Notes under the pieces: model-generated | What the model was told of the DNA's origin: nothing | Databases searched by the model: none | What the model saw: the letters and a program-made list of their open reading frames with translations, nothing else | Shown: positions 25,795 through 34,127 of the stretch, piece by piece | Layout of the letters: each line of letters starts with the position of its first letter | Numbering within the stretch: position 1 is the stretch's first letter | DNA from: a bacterium | GTDB taxonomy: Bacteria; Zhuqueibacterota; Zhuqueibacteria; Oceanimicrobiales; Oceanimicrobiaceae | Assembly: GCA_046756745.1 (NCBI GenBank) | Contig: JBHHWX010000001.1 | Location: 1 to 44,320 of the forward strand | Direction of reading: 5' to 3' | DNA: 44,320 nucleotides | Position numbers and translations under genes: made by a program

Positions 25795-26355
25795 ATGCAA
25801 AAAATTTTTGAAAGAGTTAAAAAAATCATCCTCGACCCAAAGGGTGCTTTAAATGAGGTCAAGGATGAAGAGTTCGTGGTTATGGATTTCATGAAGGAGT
25901 ATGTCGTTATTGTGGGTGCGATTCCCGCCGCCTCCATGTTTATCGGATTGATCGGCAGGTTCAACCTTTTCGTCGTTCTGATGTACGCAGCGCTTACTTA
26001 CGGCATCGGTGTGCTCATGGTCTTTGTTTTTGGCAAGATTATTGACGCGTTAGCGTCTTCATTCAATGCAACAAAAAATGATTTGAATGCTTTCAAGCTA
26101 TCCGCTTATACTTACACGCCTTTCTTCGTCGCCGGTATTGCAAACATCAATCCGGCTCTCTCTTTCCTGTCACTCGTGGGCTTGGCATACGGTCTTTACA
26201 TTCTTTATATGGGAACGCAAACTTTGATGCAAGCGCCGCAAGAGAAAGCCGTCCTGTATACTGTCGCGGCCATTGTCATTAACGTGGTGATAAGTGTGAT
26301 CCTTTACACGATTGCCGCGACCCTTACGGGTATTGGTTTCTTCGTCTCGAGCTAA
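25795..26355 (+). CDS. Yip1-family integral membrane protein
   Basis: RBS AAGGAG. A short cytosolic N-terminus is followed by about 5 TM helices. The layout is typical of Yip1/DUF1282 proteins; assignment is by architecture. Confidence 0.6.
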   Translation: MQKIFERVKKIILDPKGALNEVKDEEFVVMDFMKEYVVIVGAIPAASMFIGLIGRFNLFVVLMYAALTYGIGVLMVFVFGKIIDALASSFNATKNDLNAFKLSAYTYTPFFVAGIANINPALSFLSLVGLAYGLYILYMGTQTLMQAPQEKAVLYTVAAIVINVVISVILYTIAATLTGIGFFVSS

Positions 26356-26388
26356 GTAGGGGTTGACCGAAAATTCATATCACGCCCG

Positions 26389-26509
26389 GTCATTGCGAGG
26401 CGTTTTTTGCCGAAGTAATCTCCTTCTGTACCTAATACGGAGATTGCTTCGCTGAGAAGCGCTCGCAATGACAGCAAGGGGACAACCGGCTTTGTAAGAT
26501 TGTCCCCTT
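26389..26509. repeat. gtcattgcgag...cgaagcaatctcc hairpin (family 2, second copy) plus adjacent 10-bp perfect hairpin
   Basis: gtcattgcgaggcgttttttgccgaagtaatctcc (26389-26423) pairs with ggagattgcttcgctgagaagcgctcgcaatgac (26439-26472). The 3' arm is nearly identical to 22039-22068. It is followed by the hairpin aaggggacaa-N14-ttgtcccctt (26476-26509). Confidence 0.75.
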
Positions 26510-26807
26510 AGTATGTTTTCAAAAGCACCAACCCTTCCAATTTCAAATCAAGTAATTCTTCTCTGGGCTTTTCCGGAACATTCACCTGCACTGGAAAAAA
26601 GTTGAGTGTTTTTTCCCTGCATTACATTCATGTAATTCCAAATTGAATGATCTTAAGTAAAAATGAAATACTGTTTCAACAATCTATACGCCTTAACAAG
26701 GGAATTAACAGTGTCTTAGATGCAATATACTATTTGTGGTATAGCCTTTGCTCTTTCATCGACAATCAGAAAATGGATTTGTCACAGTAAAAATGCAGGG
26801 ACGTACC

Positions 26808-27794
26808 ATGAAAAAGCTTATTCTTGTTTTGTCGTTTTTGCTGATATTTATTTTCACCTTGGTTTACAGTACAGAAAATGCGACCGTCATAAAAGTCAAA
26901 GGAGTTTATGGAATCATCGATAAAGGAGCCAATCAAGGTGTTCAACAAGGGCAAGAACTTTTTGTGAAACGGGTGACATCACAAGGAATTGTTAATATCG
27001 GCAAAGTTAGAGTGATCCGAACCACAGCTAATCGCGCCGCAGTCGAACAAATGACCACTAAGAAAAGACCGTTTCTGCAAAAAGGGGATCGATTGTCAGC
27101 GACCAACGTCATCAACGAAGCTGTCATTGAAAAGGCCGAATCAAAAAAAGAGCGTGACGCAGAGGCGCTAAGAAAAGCTTCAAGACAGCAATTCTCTGCT
27201 GAGAAAAAGGAACCGAAAGCTTTTTCAGGGCCCATGCGCACGCAGAAAGAGATCCCTGTTCCTCAAACCAAAGCGATTACGGCAAAAAGGTATCATCTTA
27301 AAAAGCCTTGGATAACTTTAAATGTCGGCGCGATAGTTCCAAGCGGGGGACTGGCAAATGAGTACGTCCCAAGCTTTAAGCTCGGTGGAAGCTATATGTT
27401 ACCCACCGGAAGAAATATGAATATAGGGGTTGAAATTAATAAAACGTTTTTCGGTGTCTCCTCATTAGGATCTTCTCGTGTTATAGGCACGAGTACCGTT
27501 TCTTCCTCATCGGTTTTAGAAGGATTTGTACTGTTACAAAAATTCCTCGGAGATAACTTTTTTGTAGAAGCTGGAGGAGGTATATATCGTCCCAAAATTG
27601 AAGCTCTCTCTTCCGATGATATTAAATCGACATTTTCATCAACGAATTTTGGCGTCTTTGGAGGAGCCGGCTTCTACCTTCCGACCAGTCCTTATGCCGG
27701 AATTATGTTAAAAGGAAGAGTGCACAATTTTTTCTCACAGCAGGCTAGACAGTATTTCGGTTTGACCGGGGGATTTCGTTTTCAGGTTCATTAA
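26808..27794 (+). CDS. Outer-membrane beta-barrel domain protein (N-terminal small beta domain, K/E-rich linker, C-terminal barrel)
   Basis: Signal peptide MKKLILVLSFLLIFIFTLVYS. The C-terminal ~160 aa have an alternating hydrophobic/G-rich strand pattern ending GGFRFQVH. The start could be ATG 26793 or ATG 26808. Confidence 0.55.
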   Translation: MKKLILVLSFLLIFIFTLVYSTENATVIKVKGVYGIIDKGANQGVQQGQELFVKRVTSQGIVNIGKVRVIRTTANRAAVEQMTTKKRPFLQKGDRLSATNVINEAVIEKAESKKERDAEALRKASRQQFSAEKKEPKAFSGPMRTQKEIPVPQTKAITAKRYHLKKPWITLNVGAIVPSGGLANEYVPSFKLGGSYMLPTGRNMNIGVEINKTFFGVSSLGSSRVIGTSTVSSSSVLEGFVLLQKFLGDNFFVEAGGGIYRPKIEALSSDDIKSTFSSTNFGVFGGAGFYLPTSPYAGIMLKGRVHNFFSQQARQYFGLTGGFRFQVH

Positions 27795-27830
27795 ATCCGG
27801 TTTATCCTGTTATCCTGTCAAAAAAAGATT
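27793..27830. repeat. atcctgt-type repeat, family 3, copy 1
   Basis: aaatccggtttatcctgttatcctgtcaaaaaaagatt is almost identical to 37201-37238 (aaatccggtgtatcctgttatcctgtcataaaaagatt). It overlaps the stop codon of the preceding gene. Confidence 0.8.
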
Positions 27831-27879
27831 AATTATCTGTGATAGGTTACGAGACGTGTGATGAGATGAAAAGAGGAAT

Positions 27880-27941
27880 AAAAAAGGTCTCGGCATTCAA
27901 ACAGGGGCCAGGCGAGATGCAGATTCAGAAATGCCGAGACC
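27880..27941 (-). terminator. Hairpin plus T-tract (minus-strand terminator-like)
   Basis: Perfect 12-bp stem ggtctcggcatt (27886-27897) / aatgccgagacc (27930-27941) with a 32-nt loop. On the minus strand it is followed by TTTTTTATT. Confidence 0.35.
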
Positions 27942-28016
27942 TCAATTTAAGGAGGAACATCTAAGTACTATAAGTTATCGTCCGTCTGTCCATTTTCTTT
28001 AAGTCCTTTTTAGAAA

Positions 28017-28050
28017 AATGCTCCGATCCATTCTGGGGCATTTTTTATTT
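28017..28050 (+). terminator. Intrinsic terminator-like hairpin (plus strand)
   Basis: aatgctcc-N10-ggggcatt (8 bp including one G-U pair) followed by TTTTTTATTT. Confidence 0.45.
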
Positions 28051-28070
28051 CGCTATTTACTTGATTTTCC

Positions 28071-28099
28071 TTGACTAAATATTAAAAATTTCTTATTAT
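28071..28099 (+). promoter_or_regulatory. Candidate sigma70 promoter of the nuo cluster
   Basis: TTGACT (28071-28076), 17-nt spacer, TATTAT (28094-28099). It lies 60 nt upstream of the nuoA ATG. Confidence 0.5.
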
Positions 28100-28107
28100 A
28101 GTGCCTT

Positions 28108-28133
28108 AAAATTAGCATCCGCTAATTTTTTTT
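28108..28133 (+). promoter_or_regulatory. Leader hairpin plus T8 between the promoter and nuoA
   Basis: aaaattagc-atcc-gctaatttt followed by additional T's (a T-run to 28133). It lies inside the predicted 5' UTR. Confidence 0.35.
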
Positions 28134-28158
28134 GCCTACACATAAATCAAGGACTTAA

Positions 28159-28611
28159 ATGCCGACTGGAACCGAGGAATATCTTTTCAACTTTGGAAGT
28201 GTTTTCGTCTTCTTAATTTTCGGCTGCTTATTTGTGGCCTTAAATTTAGTCTTATCCCGTATACTACAAACACGCAACCCACACCCAACAAAGCTGAGTA
28301 CTTATGAGTGCGGTGAAATTCCGGTTGGAGGAGGCTGGATTCAATTTAATATCCGTTTTTATGTCATCGCACTCATTTTTCTCATTTTCGAAGTGGAAAT
28401 CGTTTTTCTTTTTCCATGGGCTGTTGTTTTTAAAAAGTTAGGGTTGTTTGCCTTCGTCGAAATGATGATTTTTGTTTTTATTCTTTTAGTCGGTCTCGCC
28501 TATGTTTGGGCTAAAGGAGACCTTGAATGGGATAAACCCGAAGAGGTTCCTGATCCTAACCTTTCACCCCTCCTCGTTGAAGAAGAACTTACCGAAGAAT
28601 ATGCTTCCTAA
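28159..28611 (+). CDS. nuoA: NADH-quinone oxidoreductase subunit A
   Basis: Three TM helices and the YECGE motif. An acidic C-terminal extension (EELTEEYAS) is present; 150 aa. Confidence 0.88.
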   Translation: MPTGTEEYLFNFGSVFVFLIFGCLFVALNLVLSRILQTRNPHPTKLSTYECGEIPVGGGWIQFNIRFYVIALIFLIFEVEIVFLFPWAVVFKKLGLFAFVEMMIFVFILLVGLAYVWAKGDLEWDKPEEVPDPNLSPLLVEEELTEEYAS

Positions 28612-28647
28612 AGAGCCCTAAGTGGAGAAAGGAAAACGAAATAATTA

Positions 28648-29700
28648 ATGCTTGAACTGGTACAGAGTGTAACAAACAGTCCGTCATTTTTGGGAAGTCT
28701 TCCTAAGTTAGCGATTGCAATCATTTTTATTTTCGCTGGGGCATTGATTCTGACGATATTTGCTGCGATTACAGCCTTGGTCGGAGTTTATTTAGAAAGA
28801 AAAATCTCTGCCCATATGCAGGACCGGGTAGGGCCGATGCACGTCGGGTGGCATGGCGTTGTCCAAACTTTAGCCGATGCCATTAAGCTTCTGATCAAGG
28901 AGGATATTGTCCCAAAAGCGGCAGATAAAGGACTCCATCTGTTAGCCCCTTTTATGGTTTTCACTGCAACCATCGCTGCTTTTGTTGTGCTCCCCTTTGG
29001 AAAAAGTCTCGTCGTCAGCAATCTGAATGTCGGCGTCCTTTATGTCATCGCGATTTCTTCATTTGTCGTCATCGGCATTATTTTAGCAGGATGGGCCTCC
29101 AACAATAAATGGTCGCTTCTCGGGGCAATGCGTTCCGCTGCACAAATCGTGAGTTTCGAGATACCTGCGTCTTTAGCAGTCGTCGTCGTCATCATGGCCG
29201 TCGGTTCGATGAATCTTCCGGATATCATCGCCTACCAGAGTGGCGGAATGTTTAGCTGGCTGATATTTAAATTCTTCCCCTTTAATTTGATCGCTTTTTT
29301 TATCTTTTTTGTCGCTTCGCTGGCAGAAGTGAACCGGGCGCCATTTGATATCCCGGAAGCCGAGTCGGAAATTATCGCCGGATTTCACACCGAATACAGC
29401 GGGATGAAATGGGCGATGTTTTTTCTGGCGGAATACGCGAACATGTTTTTAGTGGGTGCGATCGGAGCCATCTTGTTTTGGGGAGGGTGGCAAAGCCCGT
29501 TTGGAGAGTTTTTGAACAACGGCATTTTTCAAGTCTTATGGTTTTTTCTAAAAGTCTTCATCCTTATTTTTGTGCAAATTTGGCTACGGTGGACGCTGCC
29601 GCGGGTAAGAGTCGATCAGCTCATGTATACGAGCTGGAAAGTGCTGACTCCGTTTGCTTTTGTCGCGATGATCGGCGTCGGAATTTACATGGTGCTCTAA
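28648..29700 (+). CDS. nuoH: NADH-quinone oxidoreductase subunit H
   Basis: LERKISAHMQDRVGP, LADAIKLL.KED and GWASNNKWSLLGAMRSAAQ blocks typical of NuoH/ND1; 350 aa. Confidence 0.93.
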   Translation: MLELVQSVTNSPSFLGSLPKLAIAIIFIFAGALILTIFAAITALVGVYLERKISAHMQDRVGPMHVGWHGVVQTLADAIKLLIKEDIVPKAADKGLHLLAPFMVFTATIAAFVVLPFGKSLVVSNLNVGVLYVIAISSFVVIGIILAGWASNNKWSLLGAMRSAAQIVSFEIPASLAVVVVIMAVGSMNLPDIIAYQSGGMFSWLIFKFFPFNLIAFFIFFVASLAEVNRAPFDIPEAESEIIAGFHTEYSGMKWAMFFLAEYANMFLVGAIGAILFWGGWQSPFGEFLNNGIFQVLWFFLKVFILIFVQIWLRWTLPRVRVDQLMYTSWKVLTPFAFVAMIGVGIYMVL

Positions 29701-29704
29701 TCTT

Positions 29705-30202
29705 ATGTCTATGTTCGATATTATTTTTTATGCTATCGCTGCGTTGACCATCGTCTCTGCTACGAGCATGGTCTTTTCGAGAAACGTCATTTACTCTGCA
29801 GTCGGTCTGTTGTTTACGTTTTTAGGCGTCGCGGGGATCTATGTGCTGTTGTCCGCAGATTTTTTAGCTGTTGTACAAATCTTGATTTATGTCGGCGGTA
29901 TCTTGATCTTGCTGCTTTTCGGCGTCATGCTTTCGCAGCGCGTCACAAACGTGGAGTTGCGAACAGGCACATTGCAAATCGTCCCGGCAGTGATTGTCGT
30001 TGGAGGCGTCTTAGTGATTCTTCTGCGAATTATATTCAACACCCCCTGGCAATCCAATACGGTGGAACATTTTAACCCTACGACGGAAAAGATTGGCACG
30101 CTGATGATGACAAAATTCTTGCTCCCTTTTGAATTCGTTTCCATATTGCTTCTAGCGGCTCTCATCGGAGCGGCTTTTATTGCGCGAAAGGAGAGAGTTT
30201 GA
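29705..30202 (+). CDS. nuoJ: NADH-quinone oxidoreductase subunit J
   Basis: ND6-like N-terminus (VFSRNVIYSAVGLLFTFLGVAGIYVLL, VQILIYVGGILIL); 165 aa. Confidence 0.88.
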   Translation: MSMFDIIFYAIAALTIVSATSMVFSRNVIYSAVGLLFTFLGVAGIYVLLSADFLAVVQILIYVGGILILLLFGVMLSQRVTNVELRTGTLQIVPAVIVVGGVLVILLRIIFNTPWQSNTVEHFNPTTEKIGTLMMTKFLLPFEFVSILLLAALIGAAFIARKERV

Positions 30203-30510
30203 TGTCCATTACCTTAACTCACTATTTAGCGTTAAGCGCAATTCTTTTTTCGCTGGGCCTGCTCTGTGTGGTGACCAAAAAGAATGCAGTGACGGTTCTT
30301 ATGGGAGTGGAGCTGATTTTGAATGCTGCAAATATTAATTTTATTGCTTTTTCCAGATATGTTGAAAATGATTTGGACGGCCAAATATTTGCTATCTTTG
30401 TGATCGTCACCGCAGCCGCGGCCGCGGCGGTCGCACTTGCTATCGTCTTAAATCTTTATGAACGGCTTAAGTCAATTAATCTCGATGAAGCGGATTCATT
30501 AGCACGCTAA
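30199..30510 (+). CDS. nuoK: NADH-quinone oxidoreductase subunit K
   Basis: ND4L-like (LMGVELILNAANINF); 103 aa. There is a 4-nt overlap with nuoJ. Confidence 0.9.
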   Translation: MMSITLTHYLALSAILFSLGLLCVVTKKNAVTVLMGVELILNAANINFIAFSRYVENDLDGQIFAIFVIVTAAAAAAVALAIVLNLYERLKSINLDEADSLAR

Positions 30511-30546
30511 TATTCTAATAAGAACTTTCGGAATCGCAGAAGATAT

Positions 30547-32526
30547 ATGATCATAACAAGCGCAATTATTATTTTACTCTTGCCGATATTCGCTTTCTCT
30601 ATACAGATTTTTGTCGGCAAGCGCTTACCAAAACAAGGTGCATGGCTCCCGACAGGAGCGATGTTTATCGCGTTCCTTCTCGCTCTTTCGATTTTTATTC
30701 AGGTTTTGTCGGCTTACGATCCTGAATTTAAGATTACCCAAAGCTGGAACTGGATCGATTTTGGAGCAATTCAAGTCTCCTTCGGAATCCATGTTGACAA
30801 CTTAACAGCTATCATGTTGGTTGTTGTGACTTTGGTGAGCTCTCTCATTCACCTGTATTCTACCGGTTATATGCACGGCGATCCAAAATACAGCCGGTAT
30901 TTTGCTTATTTGGCGCTTTTTTCTTTCTCCATGCTTGGCTTGGTTTTAGCCGATAGTTTTTTCGTCATTTACTGTTTTTGGGAGCTGGTAGGGCTGTCAT
31001 CCTATTTATTGATCGGGTTTTGGTTTGAAAAAGACTCTGCTGCCAATGCCAGCAAGAAAGCGTTTATTACCAACCGGGTTGGCGACGTTTGTATGTTGGC
31101 GGGCATCTTGATACTGTTTTCAACTTTAGGGACCTTTCAATTTGAAGAGGTTTTTCAGGGAGTCGCCGATGGACATCTTTCCGGAGGACTCTTGACCGCC
31201 GCTGGCATTTTGATTTTTGGCGGGGCGGTGGGTAAATCCGCTCAATTTCCTCTCCACGTTTGGCTTCCCGACGCGATGGAGGGCCCCACACCGGTGAGCG
31301 CATTGATTCATGCGGCAACAATGGTGGCAGCCGGCATCTATCTGGTTGGGCGCGTTTTTGTTCTTTTTACGGCGGATGCGCTCTTAGTGATCGCTTACAT
31401 CGGAACCATAACCGCCTTTATGGCCGCGACAATCGCCATGGTTCAGACCGATATTAAACGGGTTTTAGCTTATTCAACCATCAGTCAGTTAGGGTATATG
31501 CTGGTGGGTTTAGGGACTGGCGGCTATACTGCCGGGTTATTCCACTTGACGACCCATGCCTTTTTCAAAGCGCTTTTATTTTTGGGCGCCGGCAGCGTCA
31601 TACATGCGGTCCATACGCAAGAAATGCCCGAGATGGGCGGCCTGCGGAAAAAGATGCCTATCACGTTTTGGACATTTTTGATCGCGACTCTGGCGATATC
31701 CGGTGTTCCGCCGCTTTCCGGGTTTTGGAGTAAAGATGCTATTTTGGCTTCAGCCTTAGGCCTGGGGATAGAACACTCGCAGCACTTGATCATATTTATT
31801 ATCATGACGTTTACTGCAGCACTGACGGCATTTTACATGTTAAGAATTGTCTATTTGACGTTTGCCGGCGAAGCCCGCGATCAAGAGAAATATCATCATG
31901 CCCACGAGTCTCCACTTTCTATGACCCTGCCGCTTTCTGTCCTCGCTGTTCTGTCTGTCGGGACGATTTGGTGGGGGTGGTTTGAGCATATCGTCGCCAA
32001 ACCCGAGCTAGCGTCGTTTGCAAGCAATTTTATCGAGGGCGCCGCCGGACATGGGGAAGAACATGCAAACTCGGCTCATACGATAGCGCTTGTGCTTTCT
32101 ATCGTTGCAGCCGGTTCAGGGATTGTGCTGGCAACAGCCACGTATTATTGGAAAAAAATCTCCCCTGACGCCTGGTCGGAACGTTTTAAGCCAGTTTACA
32201 CGTTTTTCCTAAACAAATGGTATTTCGATGAGCTTTACAATGCGACGGCGATAAAAGCGACACTGTTAACGAGTCAGCTTTCGGCTGCCTTCGACCGAAA
32301 GGTTATCGACGGCGCTGTTAACGGAGTGGCGAAGCTGACCAATCGCATTGCAGTCTTTGAGGGGCGAATCGATCTGAGAGTGGTCGACGGTTTGGTCAAT
32401 TTGGTCGGCAGAGTGGTCCACTTTTGGGGATCTCAATTGCGGGAAATCCAAACCGGGAAAATCCAAACTTATATTTTGATGGCTTTAGCCGGAGTCGTTT
32501 TGCTTTTCATCATTCAGCTTTTCTAA
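30547..32526 (+). CDS. nuoL: NADH-quinone oxidoreductase subunit L
   Basis: ND5-like antiporter core (FCFWELVGLSSYLLIGFW, KSAQFPLHVWLPDAMEGPTPVSALIHAATMV) plus a C-terminal lateral-helix region; 659 aa. Confidence 0.93.
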   Translation: MIITSAIIILLLPIFAFSIQIFVGKRLPKQGAWLPTGAMFIAFLLALSIFIQVLSAYDPEFKITQSWNWIDFGAIQVSFGIHVDNLTAIMLVVVTLVSSLIHLYSTGYMHGDPKYSRYFAYLALFSFSMLGLVLADSFFVIYCFWELVGLSSYLLIGFWFEKDSAANASKKAFITNRVGDVCMLAGILILFSTLGTFQFEEVFQGVADGHLSGGLLTAAGILIFGGAVGKSAQFPLHVWLPDAMEGPTPVSALIHAATMVAAGIYLVGRVFVLFTADALLVIAYIGTITAFMAATIAMVQTDIKRVLAYSTISQLGYMLVGLGTGGYTAGLFHLTTHAFFKALLFLGAGSVIHAVHTQEMPEMGGLRKKMPITFWTFLIATLAISGVPPLSGFWSKDAILASALGLGIEHSQHLIIFIIMTFTAALTAFYMLRIVYLTFAGEARDQEKYHHAHESPLSMTLPLSVLAVLSVGTIWWGWFEHIVAKPELASFASNFIEGAAGHGEEHANSAHTIALVLSIVAAGSGIVLATATYYWKKISPDAWSERFKPVYTFFLNKWYFDELYNATAIKATLLTSQLSAAFDRKVIDGAVNGVAKLTNRIAVFEGRIDLRVVDGLVNLVGRVVHFWGSQLREIQTGKIQTYILMALAGVVLLFIIQLF

Positions 32527-32552
32527 CCAGTTAGGAGCGAGGTTAATAAAAT

Positions 32553-34127
32553 ATGGAAAAATTTGTACTAACCCTGATAACCTTTTTACCAATCGTTGGG
32601 GTTCTTATCCTATTACTCGTACCGAATGACAAAAAAAACGTCATCAGAGTTATTGCGGCTGTGTTTACGGGCCTTCAATTGCTGATTGCTATTTGGCTTT
32701 TTATCAATTTCGACCGTGGTACAACGGCGATGCAATTTACGGAACATTATAAGTGGATTCCCTCCTTTAATATCGACTATTTCGTCGGGATAGATGGCCT
32801 CAGCGTTCCCATGGTGCTCTTGACAGCATTTCTTTCTTTCATTTGCATTTTTGCTTCGTGGGGAATCAAAAAAGGCGTGAAAGGTTATTTTGCCATGTTC
32901 CTGTTGTTAGACACCGGAATGATGGGCGTCTTTTGTTCGTTAGACTTTTTCCTTTTCTATATATTTTGGGAAGTGATGCTTTTGCCGATGTACTTTCTGA
33001 TCGGCATCTGGGGCTCTCCCTCGCGCGTTGATGACGACGGCATGGTGCGCGGCGGTCCTTATGCTGCCATTAAATTTTTCCTCTATACTTTGTTCGGAAG
33101 CGTTTTGATGCTGCTCGCGATGCTGGTTTTTTACTTCAACGTCAGCGACCCGGTAACCGGGGGACATACGTTTAATATGCTGCACATTATGAACCAGGCC
33201 AATCACGGAGGCGTGTTAGAAAACTTCGACATCCGGTTGATCCTCTATATCGCGCTCTTTATCGGTTTTGCGATTAAGGTCCCGGTATTCCCGTTTCATA
33301 CCTGGCTGCCCGATGCACATGTGGAAGCGCCCACCGCTGTCAGCGTGATACTGGCCGGGGTGCTGTTAAAAATGGGGACTTATGGGATGCTGAGAATTAG
33401 TTTCCCCATGCTCCCGGATGCGATGAAATATGAGATGTTTGCCTACGGAATGGCGATACTCGGTTTGATCAACATTATTTATGGCGCTTTTTGTGCCCTG
33501 GCGCAAACGGATTTGAAAAAGTTGGTTGCCTATTCGAGCATAAGTCATATGGGAATTGTGTTGCTCGGGATGTCCGGGTTAACCTCCCTGGGTATGAACG
33601 GAGCGGTAATGCAAATGTTTAATCACGGAACCGGCACGGCCATGCTTTTCCTTTTGGTTGGCGTCATTTATGATCGCGCCCATCACCGTCAAATTGACGG
33701 ATTCGGTGGTTTAGCGACGCGGATGCCTATCTATGCGGCTGTCGTCAGTCTCGCTTTTTTCGCCGGCCTCGGCCTGCCTGGGTTGTCCAGTTTTCTGAGC
33801 GAGGCGTTCTCATTCCTCGGCGCCTTTGGGTCGCAGATGTTCAATTTAAAGGTGATCACCATTATCTCAACAATCGGTATTGTCATCACAGCCGGCTACT
33901 TTTTATGGACCTTTCAACGCATGTTTATGGGCGAGTTGAATCCAAAGTATAAAGACTTGCCTGAAATCAACGGACGTGAATTGTTTACCCTTATCCCGTT
34001 GGGGATCGTCATCATTTTCCTCGGCATTTATCCTGCACCCTTGCTTGACCTGATAAAAGTATCTTTGAACAATATCGTTGAAGTCGTACTGAACTCGGGC
34101 GCAGCAACCGTCTTAGGAATGCAATAG
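32553..34127 (+). CDS. nuoM: NADH-quinone oxidoreductase subunit M
   Basis: ND4-like (FYIFWEVMLLPMYFLIGIWG, KVPVFPFHTWLPDAHVEAPTAVSVILAGVLLKMG); 524 aa. Confidence 0.93.
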   Translation: MEKFVLTLITFLPIVGVLILLLVPNDKKNVIRVIAAVFTGLQLLIAIWLFINFDRGTTAMQFTEHYKWIPSFNIDYFVGIDGLSVPMVLLTAFLSFICIFASWGIKKGVKGYFAMFLLLDTGMMGVFCSLDFFLFYIFWEVMLLPMYFLIGIWGSPSRVDDDGMVRGGPYAAIKFFLYTLFGSVLMLLAMLVFYFNVSDPVTGGHTFNMLHIMNQANHGGVLENFDIRLILYIALFIGFAIKVPVFPFHTWLPDAHVEAPTAVSVILAGVLLKMGTYGMLRISFPMLPDAMKYEMFAYGMAILGLINIIYGAFCALAQTDLKKLVAYSSISHMGIVLLGMSGLTSLGMNGAVMQMFNHGTGTAMLFLLVGVIYDRAHHRQIDGFGGLATRMPIYAAVVSLAFFAGLGLPGLSSFLSEAFSFLGAFGSQMFNLKVITIISTIGIVITAGYFLWTFQRMFMGELNPKYKDLPEINGRELFTLIPLGIVIIFLGIYPAPLLDLIKVSLNNIVEVVLNSGAATVLGMQ

